Assembly: GCA_039024555.1 (NCBI GenBank)
Contig: JBCCQQ010000035.1
Coordinates: 1-64,000 of the forward strand
Length of the DNA stretch: 64,000 nucleotides
Origin: Cyanobacteria bacterium P01_D01_bin.156
Lineage (GTDB): Bacteria; Cyanobacteriota; Cyanobacteriia; Phormidesmidales; Phormidesmidaceae
Reading direction: 5' to 3'
The notes beneath the pieces are model-generated. The model was not told the DNA's origin. It was given only the letters and a program-made list of their open reading frames with translations, and did not search any database. The number at the start of each line of letters is the position of its first letter. The stretch's first letter is position 1. The translations under genes were made by a program, and so were the position numbers. Below, in pieces: positions 21,409-32,084 of this stretch.

Positions 21409-22182
21409 TTAGGCAGCCTGCAGAACTTGATGCACATGATGGGTTTGTAAAGCTTGGAGCAGATTTGATGTGATCGCATTAGGCTGATGGCGTTTCAGGT
21501 AAGCATGGCTGCGAATACCATCGGTTACAGCCACCGTTGCAATACCCACCCGCTGACCAGCAATAATATCCGCTTCCGTATCACCAATCATGCACGTCGG
21601 GGTCACTCGATACCCTTGACTTTTCTGAGCAACGATTGCCTGTTCTAATAACGAAACCTTTTGCTCGGCACGGTTTAAGTGAGCTGCATCCACATCTAAA
21701 GCACCAAAAATCTCATCAATGTACTGACTGAGACCATGGGCTTGCAAAAAAGCCTGCACCTGACCTGGATGCCGTAGGGTAACAATAACCAACCGCAGCC
21801 CCTTAGCTTTGAGCTGCGCCATTGCCCTGTCTGCACCGATTTGCACCGTATCCCACTGCAGTAGATGGGGCTGGTTAACAATGCGTTGCACCTGAGACAG
21901 CAGAGTGTCCACTAAATCTGCCGGTACTCCAGAACGTAGAGCAATCTCAGCATCAGCGACACGATTACGCTTCATAAACCAAAATTGTTTTTTAGAGAGC
22001 AGTTGCAGCACTAGCGGCTCCCCATGCTGCTCTCTATAAGTGGCCTGCAAAGTTGAAAGACCGAGCTTATAGGTACGGTAATAACGTTCAGACACATCCA
22101 CAATAGGACCGTCAAAATCGCAAAATAAGACTTGCCCAGATACAGATTGAAACAAGGACATCTGATTATGAATGCACAACAT
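21409..22182 (-). CDS. HAD family hydrolase
   Basis: DFDGPIVD and MIGDTEADI. Confidence 0.88.
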   Translation of the reverse strand: MLCIHNQMSLFQSVSGQVLFCDFDGPIVDVSERYYRTYKLGLSTLQATYREQHGEPLVLQLLSKKQFWFMKRNRVADAEIALRSGVPADLVDTLLSQVQRIVNQPHLLQWDTVQIGADRAMAQLKAKGLRLVIVTLRHPGQVQAFLQAHGLSQYIDEIFGALDVDAAHLNRAEQKVSLLEQAIVAQKSQGYRVTPTCMIGDTEADIIAGQRVGIATVAVTDGIRSHAYLKRHQPNAITSNLLQALQTHHVHQVLQAA

Positions 22183-22258
22183 ACATGAACTTGAGAGAGT
22201 CGTGTTTCAAAATTCTTCCGTTGCCAATTTAGGAGATGACATTATCCGAATGACCATG

Positions 22259-22315
22259 CGCTAGCCAGAGCTTGGCACGCTAGCCAGAGCTTGGCACGCT
22301 AGCCAGAACTTGGCA
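22259..22315. repeat. Three tandem copies of a 19-bp unit
   Basis: CGCTAGCCAGAGCTTGGCA twice, then CGCTAGCCAGAACTTGGCA. Confidence 0.92.
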
Positions 22316-22678
22316 GTTGAACTCCTCCGAAGCTCAGTGCTGATGCACTAACTTCAAACAAGAGCTAGTTCTCTTATCATTTCTTTACCTTACCAAGTCC
22401 CACTCAAACTTGCACCACAACATTAAGACTAAATAAAGCGTCACACTTTGCTTTGAAGAATTCAGTGTTATTGCCACTAGCTAACTCAGTATGACTTGTC
22501 CCCAACAATACAAGCTCCCTACAGGTATGCCACGCTAATTATGCAGAATCAACCCAAAGCTAGTGATTTAAGGAAAAGGAAGTGCATCTCTGGGATAAAC
22601 TATGCTCCCGTGCCCGATCAGACATTTCCCAACTCGCCTGCTCAGAAAAACTCTCTATCGAACGACTAACCAGCAAAA

Positions 22679-23128
22679 CTAATCAGCATCGCGCTCTAGC
22701 ACCAACGTCACCGGACCATCGTTTTCAATGGTAACTTCCATATGGGCACCAAATTTCCCCGTCTCTATGTGTACTCCACTTTGTCGAAGTTGTGCCACAA
22801 AGTATTCATACAACTTCACAGCTCTCTCTAGAGCAGCAGCCTGAGCAAATGAGGGGCGGCGACCTTTTCGACAATCACCATATAAAGTGAACTGACTGAT
22901 GACCAATAATGAGCCCTGAATATCTTGGACTGATAAATCAAACCGTCCTAAATCGGATGATGGAAACACCCTAATAGAAAGGCATTTCTGCACCATCCAG
23001 TCCATTTCACTGTAAGTATCAGTCTCAGCGATCCCCACCAGCAGATTCAAACCAGGGCCAATACACCCAATAATTTCACCATCTACAACAACTTGAGACG
23101 CTTTAACTCGCTGCAGAATAACCCGCAC
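22679..23128 (-). CDS. dtd: D-aminoacyl-tRNA deacylase
   Basis: SQFTL, KGRRPSF, NDGPVT. Confidence 0.96.
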   Translation of the reverse strand: MRVILQRVKASQVVVDGEIIGCIGPGLNLLVGIAETDTYSEMDWMVQKCLSIRVFPSSDLGRFDLSVQDIQGSLLVISQFTLYGDCRKGRRPSFAQAAALERAVKLYEYFVAQLRQSGVHIETGKFGAHMEVTIENDGPVTLVLERDAD

Positions 23129-24276
23129 TATTTGCCAAACCCTTCCCCAAGACTTTTTGAGTCAAGGCAGAAACACTTATCAATTTCAGCTTTAAGAGCA
23201 TCATGATCAAGATTTTGACCAATCAGTACCAGCTGTGTTTTGCGAGGACGATTGTTCCATTCTTCATCTTCTAGGGAAAATCGCTTACCGCTGAGATGAA
23301 AAACATGTCGCTTTTCACTCTCGTCAAACCACAGAATGCCCTTTGCTCGAAATACATTTTCTGGCAGCTTATTATCTAAAAATTTCTGAAATTTACGAAT
23401 TGCCAACGGCTGATCCCGCGCAATTGACACTGATGTAAACCCATCTACATCTAAGTGAGAGTGGCCATGGTCATGATCGTGTTCACAATGGTCATGGTCA
23501 TGATCGCAGTTGGAATGATCGTGATGACCGTGCTCATGGTCATGATCGCCGTGATTGTGAGCATGGTCGTGATTGTCGTGACTGTGAGCGTGGCTGTCTT
23601 GGGTTATGGGTTCGAAATACTTATCGGACTCAAACAAACCCACACTCAAAATCAGTTGCAGAGGCACGTTAGATTGAGTCGTTCGTAAAATTCGAGCCCC
23701 TTCCTTGATATCTCGAACTTTCAGCTCCAGTTGGTCAAGGGCATCTCCCTTAACCAGATCTGCTTTATTGAGCAGAATGATGTCACCATAGGCGATCTGG
23801 TTATAGGCTGCCTGACTACTAAATAGATCAACGCTATAGTTTTCGGCATCTACTAAAGTGACAATAGAATCTAGCCGGGTCAAATCTCTCAGTTCAGTAC
23901 CCAGAAACGTCAACGCTACAGGCAGGGGATCCGCTAATCCTGTAGTTTCTACAACTAGATAATCAATCTTGTCCTTACGCTCTAACACCTTATAGACGGC
24001 TTCGAGTAAATCGTTATTAATGGTGCAGCAGATACAGCCGTTGCTCAACTCCACCATGTTGTCATCGTCGCCAGTGGTGATGAGCAAATCGTTATCAATG
24101 CCAATTTCGCCAAATTCATTCACCAGGACCGCTGTCTTCAACCCATCTTGGTTCGTCAAAATATGGTTCAGCAGGGTGGTTTTACCGCTCCCTAGAAAGC
24201 CCGTAATGATGGTTACTGGCAATCCATGTTTAGAGTCATCCATTCGCTTGGACGGAGCTGATACGGCGGCAGTCAT
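23128..24276 (-). CDS. CobW/COG0523 metallochaperone GTPase with His-rich insert
   Basis: [22 protein letters not shown], long H/D-rich tract, CobW C-terminal domain. Confidence 0.93.
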   Translation of the reverse strand: MTAAVSAPSKRMDDSKHGLPVTIITGFLGSGKTTLLNHILTNQDGLKTAVLVNEFGEIGIDNDLLITTGDDDNMVELSNGCICCTINNDLLEAVYKVLERKDKIDYLVVETTGLADPLPVALTFLGTELRDLTRLDSIVTLVDAENYSVDLFSSQAAYNQIAYGDIILLNKADLVKGDALDQLELKVRDIKEGARILRTTQSNVPLQLILSVGLFESDKYFEPITQDSHAHSHDNHDHAHNHGDHDHEHGHHDHSNCDHDHDHCEHDHDHGHSHLDVDGFTSVSIARDQPLAIRKFQKFLDNKLPENVFRAKGILWFDESEKRHVFHLSGKRFSLEDEEWNNRPRKTQLVLIGQNLDHDALKAEIDKCFCLDSKSLGEGFGK

Positions 24277-24512
24277 AGAGATCAGGTGTGGGGTTCACTG
24301 GTGCTGAGAAGGCATTACTGTTTACGGCCTTAATCGCCACGGTTTACAGCACCATTTTTATTATCTCGTATTTGTTAAAAAATTAGGGTGTGGCTTCATT
24401 GAAGTCAAAGGTTGCTCATTATTCCGCCAAAAAGACAGTCGCAACCATGGGTAAAGATAACTAAAAAATTGATAGCTTAGGCAACGCTGCTAGTTAGATA
24501 AACTTGGCCACA

Positions 24513-24956
24513 TCAACCACGATTCTTAATCGTTATTACTTCAACGATTGTCAGGGCTTGCTCACTAGAAATATCTAAAATACGATGCAAGTCATCTAGA
24601 AATGCTTGCTCTTGAGAGGTGACATTGCCATCAGCAAGGACCAAATCGGTTGCTAGGGTAAAAGCCGTTGGCTTTAGCTCTTTTGGCAGTACCGAGTTTG
24701 CCATTTCCACTAAATGACTTGGCCCATGTTGCTGGAGCTGTTGTAGTAGGCTGTCCTTCATGCGACTAACCATCTCGGACGAGTAGCTTTTGAAAAGACG
24801 CATGCGACTGAGCAGCATGTCCATCTCACGACTTTCTTGATCGGATAGATAACCATCAGCTGCGATCGCAACTAAGCATACTGCAGCCAAGGCTTCCGCC
24901 GGACTCAAAGTCGGTAACTCTGGTGAAGTATCAAAAACCTTATCGAACAGTCCCAT
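24513..24956 (-). CDS. TerB family protein
   Basis: AIAADGYLSDQE and LVLADGNVTSQE motifs; start MGLFDK at 24956. Confidence 0.85.
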   Translation of the reverse strand: MGLFDKVFDTSPELPTLSPAEALAAVCLVAIAADGYLSDQESREMDMLLSRMRLFKSYSSEMVSRMKDSLLQQLQQHGPSHLVEMANSVLPKELKPTAFTLATDLVLADGNVTSQEQAFLDDLHRILDISSEQALTIVEVITIKNRG

Positions 24957-25024
24957 AACACCCCTACAAGACAAACTTGGGTCACCATAGCCCAGCCCAG
25001 GCTGGTTGAGAACAGTATAGAAAT

Positions 25025-25052
25025 AAAAAGGAGAGGCAGTAATGCCTCTCCT
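25025..25052 (-). terminator. Terminator of the DUF4278 gene
   Basis: AGGAGAGGCA-GTAA-TGCCTCTCCT perfect stem with a T run on the minus strand. Confidence 0.75.
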
Positions 25053-25101
25053 CAAGTTAATCTAGCCACAAATCTAGGGAACTTAATGCCAACAAACTCG
25101 C

Positions 25102-25524
25102 CTAAGCCATCTGACGCATCTCATCTTCTAACTGCTGCAGTAGGTGAGCATTACCCTGTTCACGGGCAATAGCCATTCGACGATCTAAAGAACGCTGAAT
25201 ACTCTGACTATGACTGCGGGCAGACTCGCGCAGCATTTGATGACGCTCATCCATCATGGGAGTTAATTGGGCTAACCGACGCTGAAACGCAGAAAATACG
25301 GATTTTGACTCAGTTTGCTCAACCGCTCGACACTGGCCATAACGATTCGTCTGGTAAATAGCGCCCCGGTAAGTCAATTCCGCCTGAGGCTGAGGAAATG
25401 GGATATGGCGCACGTAGGTATAGCAGTGACTGTGTCCACGATAATTACAGAGGATATCGCTCTCCGAAACCTCTAGCATTGGCGGATTGTGGTCGTACTC
25501 GACACCACGATAAATCAGCTTCAT
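25102..25524 (-). CDS. DUF4278 protein with C-terminal PirA-like domain
   Basis: MKLIYRGVEY, YRG and LTYRGAIY repeats; C-terminus HSQSIQRSLDRRMAIAREQGNAHLLQQLEDE resembles the PII-interactor PirA. Confidence 0.8.
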   Translation of the reverse strand: MKLIYRGVEYDHNPPMLEVSESDILCNYRGHSHCYTYVRHIPFPQPQAELTYRGAIYQTNRYGQCRAVEQTESKSVFSAFQRRLAQLTPMMDERHQMLRESARSHSQSIQRSLDRRMAIAREQGNAHLLQQLEDEMRQMA

Positions 25525-25565
25525 AAGTATGTCTCCTCTTGTGTAAGCACTAATGGTTGGGAATA

Positions 25566-25676
25566 GTGCGTTCCTTCGGGCAAGACCAATGCAGCCTATG
25601 GGACGATAGGCTTTATGGACTAACCCTACTTCCGTCTCATCGCCGATAGGGAGCGAATCTCTAGAGATGAACGAGG
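25566..25676 (-). ncRNA. Glutamine riboswitch (glnA RNA motif)
   Basis: Minus strand reads CGTTCATCTC...GAGACGGAAGTAGGG...CCCGAAGGAACGC, the conserved glnA core; lies in the 5' UTR of a DUF4278 gene, the usual context. Confidence 0.9.
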
Positions 25677-25685
25677 ATATGTTCT

Positions 25686-25699
25686 GTATCTATTTTTAC
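25686..25699. promoter_or_regulatory. NtcA binding site
   Basis: GTA-TCTATTTT-TAC, a perfect GTA-N8-TAC, between a -10-like GATAAT (minus strand, ~25714-25719) and the riboswitch. Confidence 0.7.
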
Positions 25700-26002
25700 C
25701 GTTTTTCGCTTAAATTATCAACTCCTGATATTGTTAATTAGAAATTCTAATTAACAGCTAGACAGCAATAGCATCAACATATTTGGTCATTCAAGGATGT
25801 TAAGTACGGGAAAAGCGTGTCAAATCTTCATGACCTGACCAGTACCTACTCATTCTGGAATATGTTGGAAAGTCAAAAAGCGTAGACTGCCTTAAAGACA
25901 GTATTTCAGGTTATTTGGGACCAGCAATCGCTTCAATGGTCTATGCTGTAAGAAAACGACCTTATTAAAAATTAATATCTATCTATCAATTTTGGGATTG
26001 CC

Positions 26003-26890
26003 ATGAAATGCACTATCAATCGTCGGGCTCAGTTTTCTGCCAGCCATCGTTATTGGCTTCCTGAGCTTAGCGACACTGAAAACCAGGCTAGGTTTGGCCT
26101 ATGTACCCGTGCTCCTGGCCATGGTCACAACTATGAGCTGTTTGTATCCATGGAAGGAGAGTTGGACAAGTACGGCATGGTGCTGAACTTGTCCGACGTT
26201 AAAAAGGTGATCAAGCGTGAAGTTACAGGCCAATTAGATTTTTCATATCTAAATGACGTTTGGCCAGAGTTTCAGATTGATCGCCCCGATGCTGGATTGT
26301 CTACCACGGAAAACATTGCTCGGGTGATTTGGCAACGCCTCGCGCCTCACTTACCAATCACTAATGTTCAGTTATTTGAAACTTCAACACTCTGGGCCGA
26401 TTACCAAGGAAATGCCATGGAAGCTTATTTGACTATCTCTACTCACTTTAGCGCTGCCCACCGCTTGGCTTTGCCCTCACTTACGCTTGAGCAGAACAGC
26501 GAAATTTATGGTCTTTGCGCTCGTGAGCATGGCCATGGGCACAACTACCATTTAGAAGTCACCATCAAGGGTGAAATGGATGCACGTACTGGCATGATTG
26601 CCGACCTAGTGGAATTTCAAAACGCTGTGAACACCCATGTGGTCAAACCCTTTGACCACACCTTCTTAAATAAGGATATTCCTTATTTTGCAGAGGTTGT
26701 ACCTACAGCAGAGAATATTGCTGTTCATATTCGCGATCTACTGCGTCAACCAATTCAGGAAATCGGTGCAAGTTTGCACAAAGTGAAATTGATTGAGAGC
26801 CCCAATAATTCAGCTGAAGTTTACTGCGAAGATGTTGCTAAGCCTAGCATTCAGAACCGAGCAGCTACTCCCGAACTGGCAGCTGTTTGA
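26003..26890 (+). CDS. queD: 6-carboxytetrahydropterin/6-pyruvoyltetrahydropterin synthase, two-domain
   Basis: Two T-fold domains with FSA.H, C...GHGHNY and T.ENIA. Confidence 0.85.
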   Translation: MKCTINRRAQFSASHRYWLPELSDTENQARFGLCTRAPGHGHNYELFVSMEGELDKYGMVLNLSDVKKVIKREVTGQLDFSYLNDVWPEFQIDRPDAGLSTTENIARVIWQRLAPHLPITNVQLFETSTLWADYQGNAMEAYLTISTHFSAAHRLALPSLTLEQNSEIYGLCAREHGHGHNYHLEVTIKGEMDARTGMIADLVEFQNAVNTHVVKPFDHTFLNKDIPYFAEVVPTAENIAVHIRDLLRQPIQEIGASLHKVKLIESPNNSAEVYCEDVAKPSIQNRAATPELAAV

Positions 26891-27015
26891 GCTAGTCTTG
26901 CACACAACCAGGATCAATAGTTGTAATCCATAAAATAGCCTAAACGAAAAGACGTCATCTCTTTCAGACCTAGGCATGACGTCTTCATACTTGTTTTGTT
27001 GACTCCCAGAGCTGA

Positions 27016-27558
27016 CTATTGCTTCATGGGAATTGCTACACGCTTTCGCAAAGACTGTGCCCGTCGCTTTGCAGTTGAATTATCGGGTTCAATCTTTAGG
27101 GCCTGATCGTAACTCTCTAACGCCTGTACAGTCAGCTGCTTTTTCTCATAACTGTGTCCCAAATTATTGAGGGCCGTGACATAGCCAGGGGCTATCTTTA
27201 AGGCCGATTTGTATTGACGAATCGCTAAATCGTACTGGCCCTGAGCAAAGTAAGAATAGCCAAGAGCATTGTAGATAAGCGGAGCATTTTCAGCTTCTTC
27301 TTCCTCAGTCAGCGCTTTTATTGCTTGCTGTAGATATAGAGCTGACTGGGAAAACAACTTTTTATCCAGCAGTAGACTGCCTAGCTCATAGTATTCCTGG
27401 GCAGTTCCTTTTTCTTTAGTGAGTTTCTTTTGCAGACGGCCTAAGGTGCTTTCAATACGGCGAGTCTTGAATACCTGGCGAATAATAAAAAAGGCAGATA
27501 GTCCTAGCAGCACTAACAAAATGCCCAGGTATGTCAAAAATAGGGTGCTATTTTCCAT
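27016..27558 (-). CDS. ycf37: TPR protein, Ycf37-like (PSI assembly)
   Basis: N-terminal TM followed by TPRs (YYELGS, YNALGY, ALNNLG); start at 27558. Confidence 0.8.
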   Translation of the reverse strand: MENSTLFLTYLGILLVLLGLSAFFIIRQVFKTRRIESTLGRLQKKLTKEKGTAQEYYELGSLLLDKKLFSQSALYLQQAIKALTEEEEAENAPLIYNALGYSYFAQGQYDLAIRQYKSALKIAPGYVTALNNLGHSYEKKQLTVQALESYDQALKIEPDNSTAKRRAQSLRKRVAIPMKQ

Positions 27559-27610
27559 GAACTCGCTTAATCGGTTATTGCTATGTTCGGATTTTATTCT
27601 CCCATGGTAG

Positions 27611-28381
27611 CTACCGTAACCCCCAGTAGGTAGCTCGATCTTGTAACCAACCTTCGTCATCCCATTCACGCAGGGCATCGTTAACGGAGCGACGCAAACT
27701 ACTGTACTGCGTTCCCTTAGGCATGGCGATCGCAACTGGCTCCGCTGAAATCACCTCATCCAGAAGCCTGTAACGATTATTCTGCTGCTGCCACCCCGTT
27801 AGTAACGAGACATCTCCGGCAAAGGCATCTACTTTCCCAGCCTCCAACGCATCAATGGCGTCTTGATAGGACTCGACTGTGAGCAAGCTGGCATTCGGTA
27901 GCTGGGTACGCACATGGGATAAGGTACTAGAATCAGCGAGAACTGCGATACGCCCGAATGTGAGCTCGTCGAGATTATTAACTGTTTCTGATAGGGTTAC
28001 AAACCCAGCCCCATCCAAATAGTAGGGATCACTAAAGCTGGCAATACGCTGACGCTGAGCGGTAACAGTAATGCCTGAGATCGCAAGGTCCGCATCTCCA
28101 TCAGTCACTACATTTATTCGCTCCACATTGGGTACAGGTTTGAATTCTACAGCCGACTCATCGCCTAGCAGCTCTAACGCCAAACGCCGAGCAATATCAA
28201 TCTCAAATCCATGGAGTTCACCCGCTGTATCCCGATAAGCCAAGGGATAGTGATTGGCCCTAACCGCTACCACCAAACGACCCCGAGCCTGAATCTCAGA
28301 AAGTTCAGCAGATACGACAATTGGAGGCGCAGTCACCTGCACCCCCAACATTAGGGCTGATGTTAGCCAATACTTCCACAT
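27611..28381 (-). CDS. Polar amino-acid ABC transporter substrate-binding protein
   Basis: GFEIDIARRLA, FSDPYY, family 3 SBP pattern. Confidence 0.88.
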   Translation of the reverse strand: MWKYWLTSALMLGVQVTAPPIVVSAELSEIQARGRLVVAVRANHYPLAYRDTAGELHGFEIDIARRLALELLGDESAVEFKPVPNVERINVVTDGDADLAISGITVTAQRQRIASFSDPYYLDGAGFVTLSETVNNLDELTFGRIAVLADSSTLSHVRTQLPNASLLTVESYQDAIDALEAGKVDAFAGDVSLLTGWQQQNNRYRLLDEVISAEPVAIAMPKGTQYSSLRRSVNDALREWDDEGWLQDRATYWGLR

Positions 28382-28405
28382 AGAACCTCTATGGGGAAAC
28401 CATTA

Positions 28406-28759
28406 TTAACCTTTCTTATCAGCTAGCTCAACCACCTTAGTAAAGGTATCTGGGTCCAAAACCGCCATCTGAGCTAGCATTTTGCGATTGATCTGAATAT
28501 TCGCTGTCTTTAAATCACCGATCAAACGACTGTAGGTAGTGCCATTTAAACGCGCTGCAGCATTAATACGAGTAATCCACAACCGACGAAAATCACGCTT
28601 CTTATTTCGACGATCACGATAGGCATATCGCAGGGCCTTCATTACCTGCTGATTAGCCGTACGGAAGAGTTTAGAATGGGCTCCCCGATAACCCTTCGCA
28701 AGCTTGAGAATTTTCTTGCGGCGCTTGCGAGCTACATTGCCGCGTTTTACACGTGCCAT
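28406..28759 (-). CDS. rplT: 50S ribosomal protein L20
   Basis: MARVKRG and [16 protein letters not shown]. Confidence 0.99.
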   Translation of the reverse strand: MARVKRGNVARKRRKKILKLAKGYRGAHSKLFRTANQQVMKALRYAYRDRRNKKRDFRRLWITRINAAARLNGTTYSRLIGDLKTANIQINRKMLAQMAVLDPDTFTKVVELADKKG

Positions 28760-28828
28760 ACTTGGTCGCTAATAACTAAAAAGACAATCAACTAAACAGT
28801 AGAAGCAAAATGCTTGATCATCGCGCTT

Positions 28829-29026
28829 CTACAAATAGGGCATCATACCCTCGATATTTGGAACATCGGCATCGACCACAACAGCCTTCTTAGAAAGACG
28901 GCTCTTACGACAAGATGACTTATGCTGCAGCAAATGGTTCTTAAACGCCTTGCGACGCATAATTTTGCCGCTTCCACTACGGCGGAAGCGCTTAGCAGCG
29001 GCCCGACGGGTTTTGAGTTTGGGCAT
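28829..29026 (-). CDS. rpmI: 50S ribosomal protein L35
   Basis: [14 protein letters not shown]; upstream of rplT. Confidence 0.98.
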   Translation of the reverse strand: MPKLKTRRAAAKRFRRSGSGKIMRRKAFKNHLLQHKSSCRKSRLSKKAVVVDADVPNIEGMMPYL

Positions 29027-29223
29027 GTACTTAGACCTTTAAACGCTTTTACACGGTCTATAAGCTTACTATGTTTACAGGTCTGGCTTCAAGCATTTCG
29101 AACAGAATCATCTGGGATATGATTTCGGGAAACAATGTTTGAAGCCGAGAATCGATTCTTTACTACTGGTCGCCCCCACATCTGTCACAATAGCCCTGAT
29201 TGAATCTTGCTGAAAAAAGACCC

Positions 29224-29973
29224 ATGACTATCCACCCCAACATCCACACAGCATTGACCCAAGGTCACGCACTTAAAATCATTAGCGGTTTGACTAACTT
29301 TGACATCGCTAATGTTTTAGCCGTTGCAAAAGCTGCCCAACAGGGCGGAGCAACATTTATCGATATTGCAGCGGATGCTGAGCTCGTTCGTCAGGTCAGT
29401 GAGCGAGTAAATCTACCCATCTGTGTCTCAGCCGTCGACCCTGAAGCATTCTTAGCTCCCGTTGCAGCTGGCGCTACTGTGATTGAAATTGGTAACTTTG
29501 ATGCATTTTATGCTCAGGGCATCGAGTTTAGCGCTAACGATGTTCTTAACCTGACTAAGCGAACTCGTGAACTACTGCCTCAAATTACGCTATCGGTTAC
29601 GGTGCCCCATACACTTCCCCTAGACAAACAGGTGAAGTTAGCTGAAGATTTGGTTGCCCTGGGGACCGACATTATTCAAACCGAGGGAGGAACTAGCAGT
29701 GAGCCCACCCATGCTGGCACTGTTGGCTTAATTGAAAAAGCTACACCCACCCTAGCGGCGGCCCATGCTATTTCACGGGCTGTCAATATTCCAGTACTCT
29801 GCGCATCTGGCATATCAGATGTTACGGCACCTATGGCAATTGCCGCCGGTGCAGCGGGTGTCGGTGTCGGCGCTGCAGTGCACAAGCTCAATGACGAAAT
29901 TGTTATGATTGCTGCTGTTCGAAGCCTAAGAGAAGCTCTACAGACGGTCACTCGCACAACCATAACTGTGTAA
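29224..29973 (+). CDS. ycf23: DUF561 / Ycf23 protein
   Basis: LKIISGLTNFD, IEIGNFDAFY, IQTEGG. Confidence 0.85.
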   Translation: MTIHPNIHTALTQGHALKIISGLTNFDIANVLAVAKAAQQGGATFIDIAADAELVRQVSERVNLPICVSAVDPEAFLAPVAAGATVIEIGNFDAFYAQGIEFSANDVLNLTKRTRELLPQITLSVTVPHTLPLDKQVKLAEDLVALGTDIIQTEGGTSSEPTHAGTVGLIEKATPTLAAAHAISRAVNIPVLCASGISDVTAPMAIAAGAAGVGVGAAVHKLNDEIVMIAAVRSLREALQTVTRTTITV

Positions 29974-29980
29974 CGTCAAC

Positions 29981-30025
29981 ATCCAAGACCAGGAGAGTCA
30001 ACATTGACCTCTTCTGGTCTTGGAT
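29981..30025. terminator. Strong hairpin between convergent ycf23 and prs
   Basis: ATCCAAGACCAG...CTGGTCTTGGAT. Confidence 0.6.
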
Positions 30026-30164
30026 TAACTGTTGCCATCATCAAGTTGAACCAATTTTGGCAAAACCCAACATTAGCCCCATTGCACTAGGGCTAATTAA
30101 ATATCAGGGTAGAGACAACCCCTTTGCAAACGTAGATATCTCTATGTCGATGTAGGGCGCTTAA

Positions 30165-31157
30165 TTAGCGAAACATACTGCTTACAGAACTTTCCTCGTG
30201 AATGCGCCAAATAGTTTCCCCCAACAAATTAGCAATGGTTAGGGTGGTCAACTGAGGAAACTGGCGCTCCGCAGCCACAGGAATCGTGTTTGTCACAATG
30301 ACTTCTTCAAACACACCACTTGACAACCGCTCAACTGCAGGCGGAGAGAATACAGCATGGGTAGCACAGGCATAAACCTGGCGAGCACCTTGAGCACGTA
30401 GCAAACGAGCTCCCTCAGAAATGGTGCCACCAGTGTCAATCATGTCATCGACTAATACGGCTGTCTTACCGCGAACATCTCCAATCAGATTCATAACTTC
30501 AGCAACATTATGAGCCTGACGCCGTTTATCAATAATTGCCAACGGCGCATCATTAAGGCGCTTCGCAAATGCACGTGCACGCGAAACACCACCAACGTCT
30601 GGAGAAACCACGACTAAATCACTTAGACACTTACTAGATAAATAATCCACTAAGACGGGTAAGCCGTAGATATGGTCACATGGGATATCAAAATATCCTT
30701 GAATCTGAGATGAATGCAAATCCATCGCTAGGACACGGTTTGCCCCTGCCTGGGTAATCAGATTTGCGACTAATTTTGCCGTAATTGACTCACGCCCAGC
30801 TGTTTTTCGATCAGCACGAGCGTAGCCATAGTAAGGAATTACAGCAGTAATTTGACGTGCGGAGGCCCGCTTACATGCATCAACCATGATGAGCAATTCC
30901 ATCAAATGATCGTTAACAGGTTGGCATGTAGGCTGAATCAAATAGACATCACACCCCCGAATTGACTCCTGAATTTGGACGTACAGCTCACCGTCGGCAA
31001 ACCGTTTACGAACCATCGGACCTAAATCAATTCCAAGATAACGAGCTACTTCTCTAGAAAGCAATGCGTTAGACGAGCCCGAAAATAACTTCAGGCGACT
31101 ATTATCTTCCAAACTTGGCAGAGTGGGTTTAGCAGGCAATGTTGCAGAGCGGATCAC
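30165..31157 (-). CDS. prs: Ribose-phosphate pyrophosphokinase
   Basis: FADGE, PYYGYARADRK, VDDMIDTGGT. Confidence 0.98.
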   Translation of the reverse strand: MIRSATLPAKPTLPSLEDNSRLKLFSGSSNALLSREVARYLGIDLGPMVRKRFADGELYVQIQESIRGCDVYLIQPTCQPVNDHLMELLIMVDACKRASARQITAVIPYYGYARADRKTAGRESITAKLVANLITQAGANRVLAMDLHSSQIQGYFDIPCDHIYGLPVLVDYLSSKCLSDLVVVSPDVGGVSRARAFAKRLNDAPLAIIDKRRQAHNVAEVMNLIGDVRGKTAVLVDDMIDTGGTISEGARLLRAQGARQVYACATHAVFSPPAVERLSSGVFEEVIVTNTIPVAAERQFPQLTTLTIANLLGETIWRIHEESSVSSMFR

Positions 31158-31772
31158 GGCAAGCCCTCAAAGCATACTGAGCGAGTTCATGCAAATCGTA
31201 ACATCGGTCCCAGGAAAATCTGACTGATTTTACCGATGCAGAATATTTTAGGGACACATTAGTGTCTGAAATTAGCAAAAGTATTAAACGTGTAACAGAC
31301 AGTTCAGTCGTGCAGCAGGCTGAAATAAATTCCACATCAGATAATGCTTTCATGACAATGGAATTCTTACTGACTGGATCAAACGTTCAAACTAACAGAC
31401 AAAGCTTAGCTAATTAGGCTAAGCCAATAATCAGAAATAGACGGCATCCCTATTTTGGAAATCTATTTCAGTTGTATATAAAAGAAGATTTATGGATTAA
31501 AAAAGGCTTTTATCTTAATTTCTGAGGCGATCAAAAACAGCCTACCTAGAGGCAAAACCTCAAACACACGTAATAAAAAAGCTTTAAAAAAAGCACTGCA
31601 ACCTATGGGTTAAGCACTTACCAATGTAGCCCTTAATACATTTTTAATCATAGTATCAGACCAATTCATCATTCAGTAGATTCATCTAGAACTTGAGCCC
31701 AGCGATTAGCGACTGAATGAGCCATCCTATGAAGCTACAACGTTGACTTTGTATCGTCATCCACAGGGGTAC

Positions 31773-32084
31773 CTAATCTAAGAGCCATTCGGATGCTCGG
31801 CGTCCTAAATCCATAGGGATACTCACCGCTTTGCCAAGTCTAGGACGCTCATTTGTTTGTTCTATTGCCATCTGTACCTGTGTTAGACAGCCCATCGCCT
31901 CCAAATACATCACGATTTCTTTGAGGTGAGCCAAATACTCTGCTTCATCCATGGGGAACGACACCTGTTCTAAGTAGCGCCACATGATTTGAAAAAAAAC
32001 TTTGGTAGGCGTCTTACGAATTTGCACATCAAAGGAGTATCCCCACTTATCAATAAGCAGTTCTTGAAATTCTTCAGGAGTCAT
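31773..32084 (-). CDS. DUF3067 protein
   Basis: KWGYSFDVQ, QIMWRYLEQVSFP, RPRLGKAVSIP; usual neighbour of petC. Confidence 0.85.
   Translation of the reverse strand: MTPEEFQELLIDKWGYSFDVQIRKTPTKVFFQIMWRYLEQVSFPMDEAEYLAHLKEIVMYLEAMGCLTQVQMAIEQTNERPRLGKAVSIPMDLGRRASEWLLD

Noticed and set aside
22259..22315. 19-bp repeats as a mini-CRISPR
   Set aside because: Directly tandem, no spacers
23455..23688. Met/Val-rich ORF
   Set aside because: Antisense reading of the His/Asp tract of the COG0523 gene
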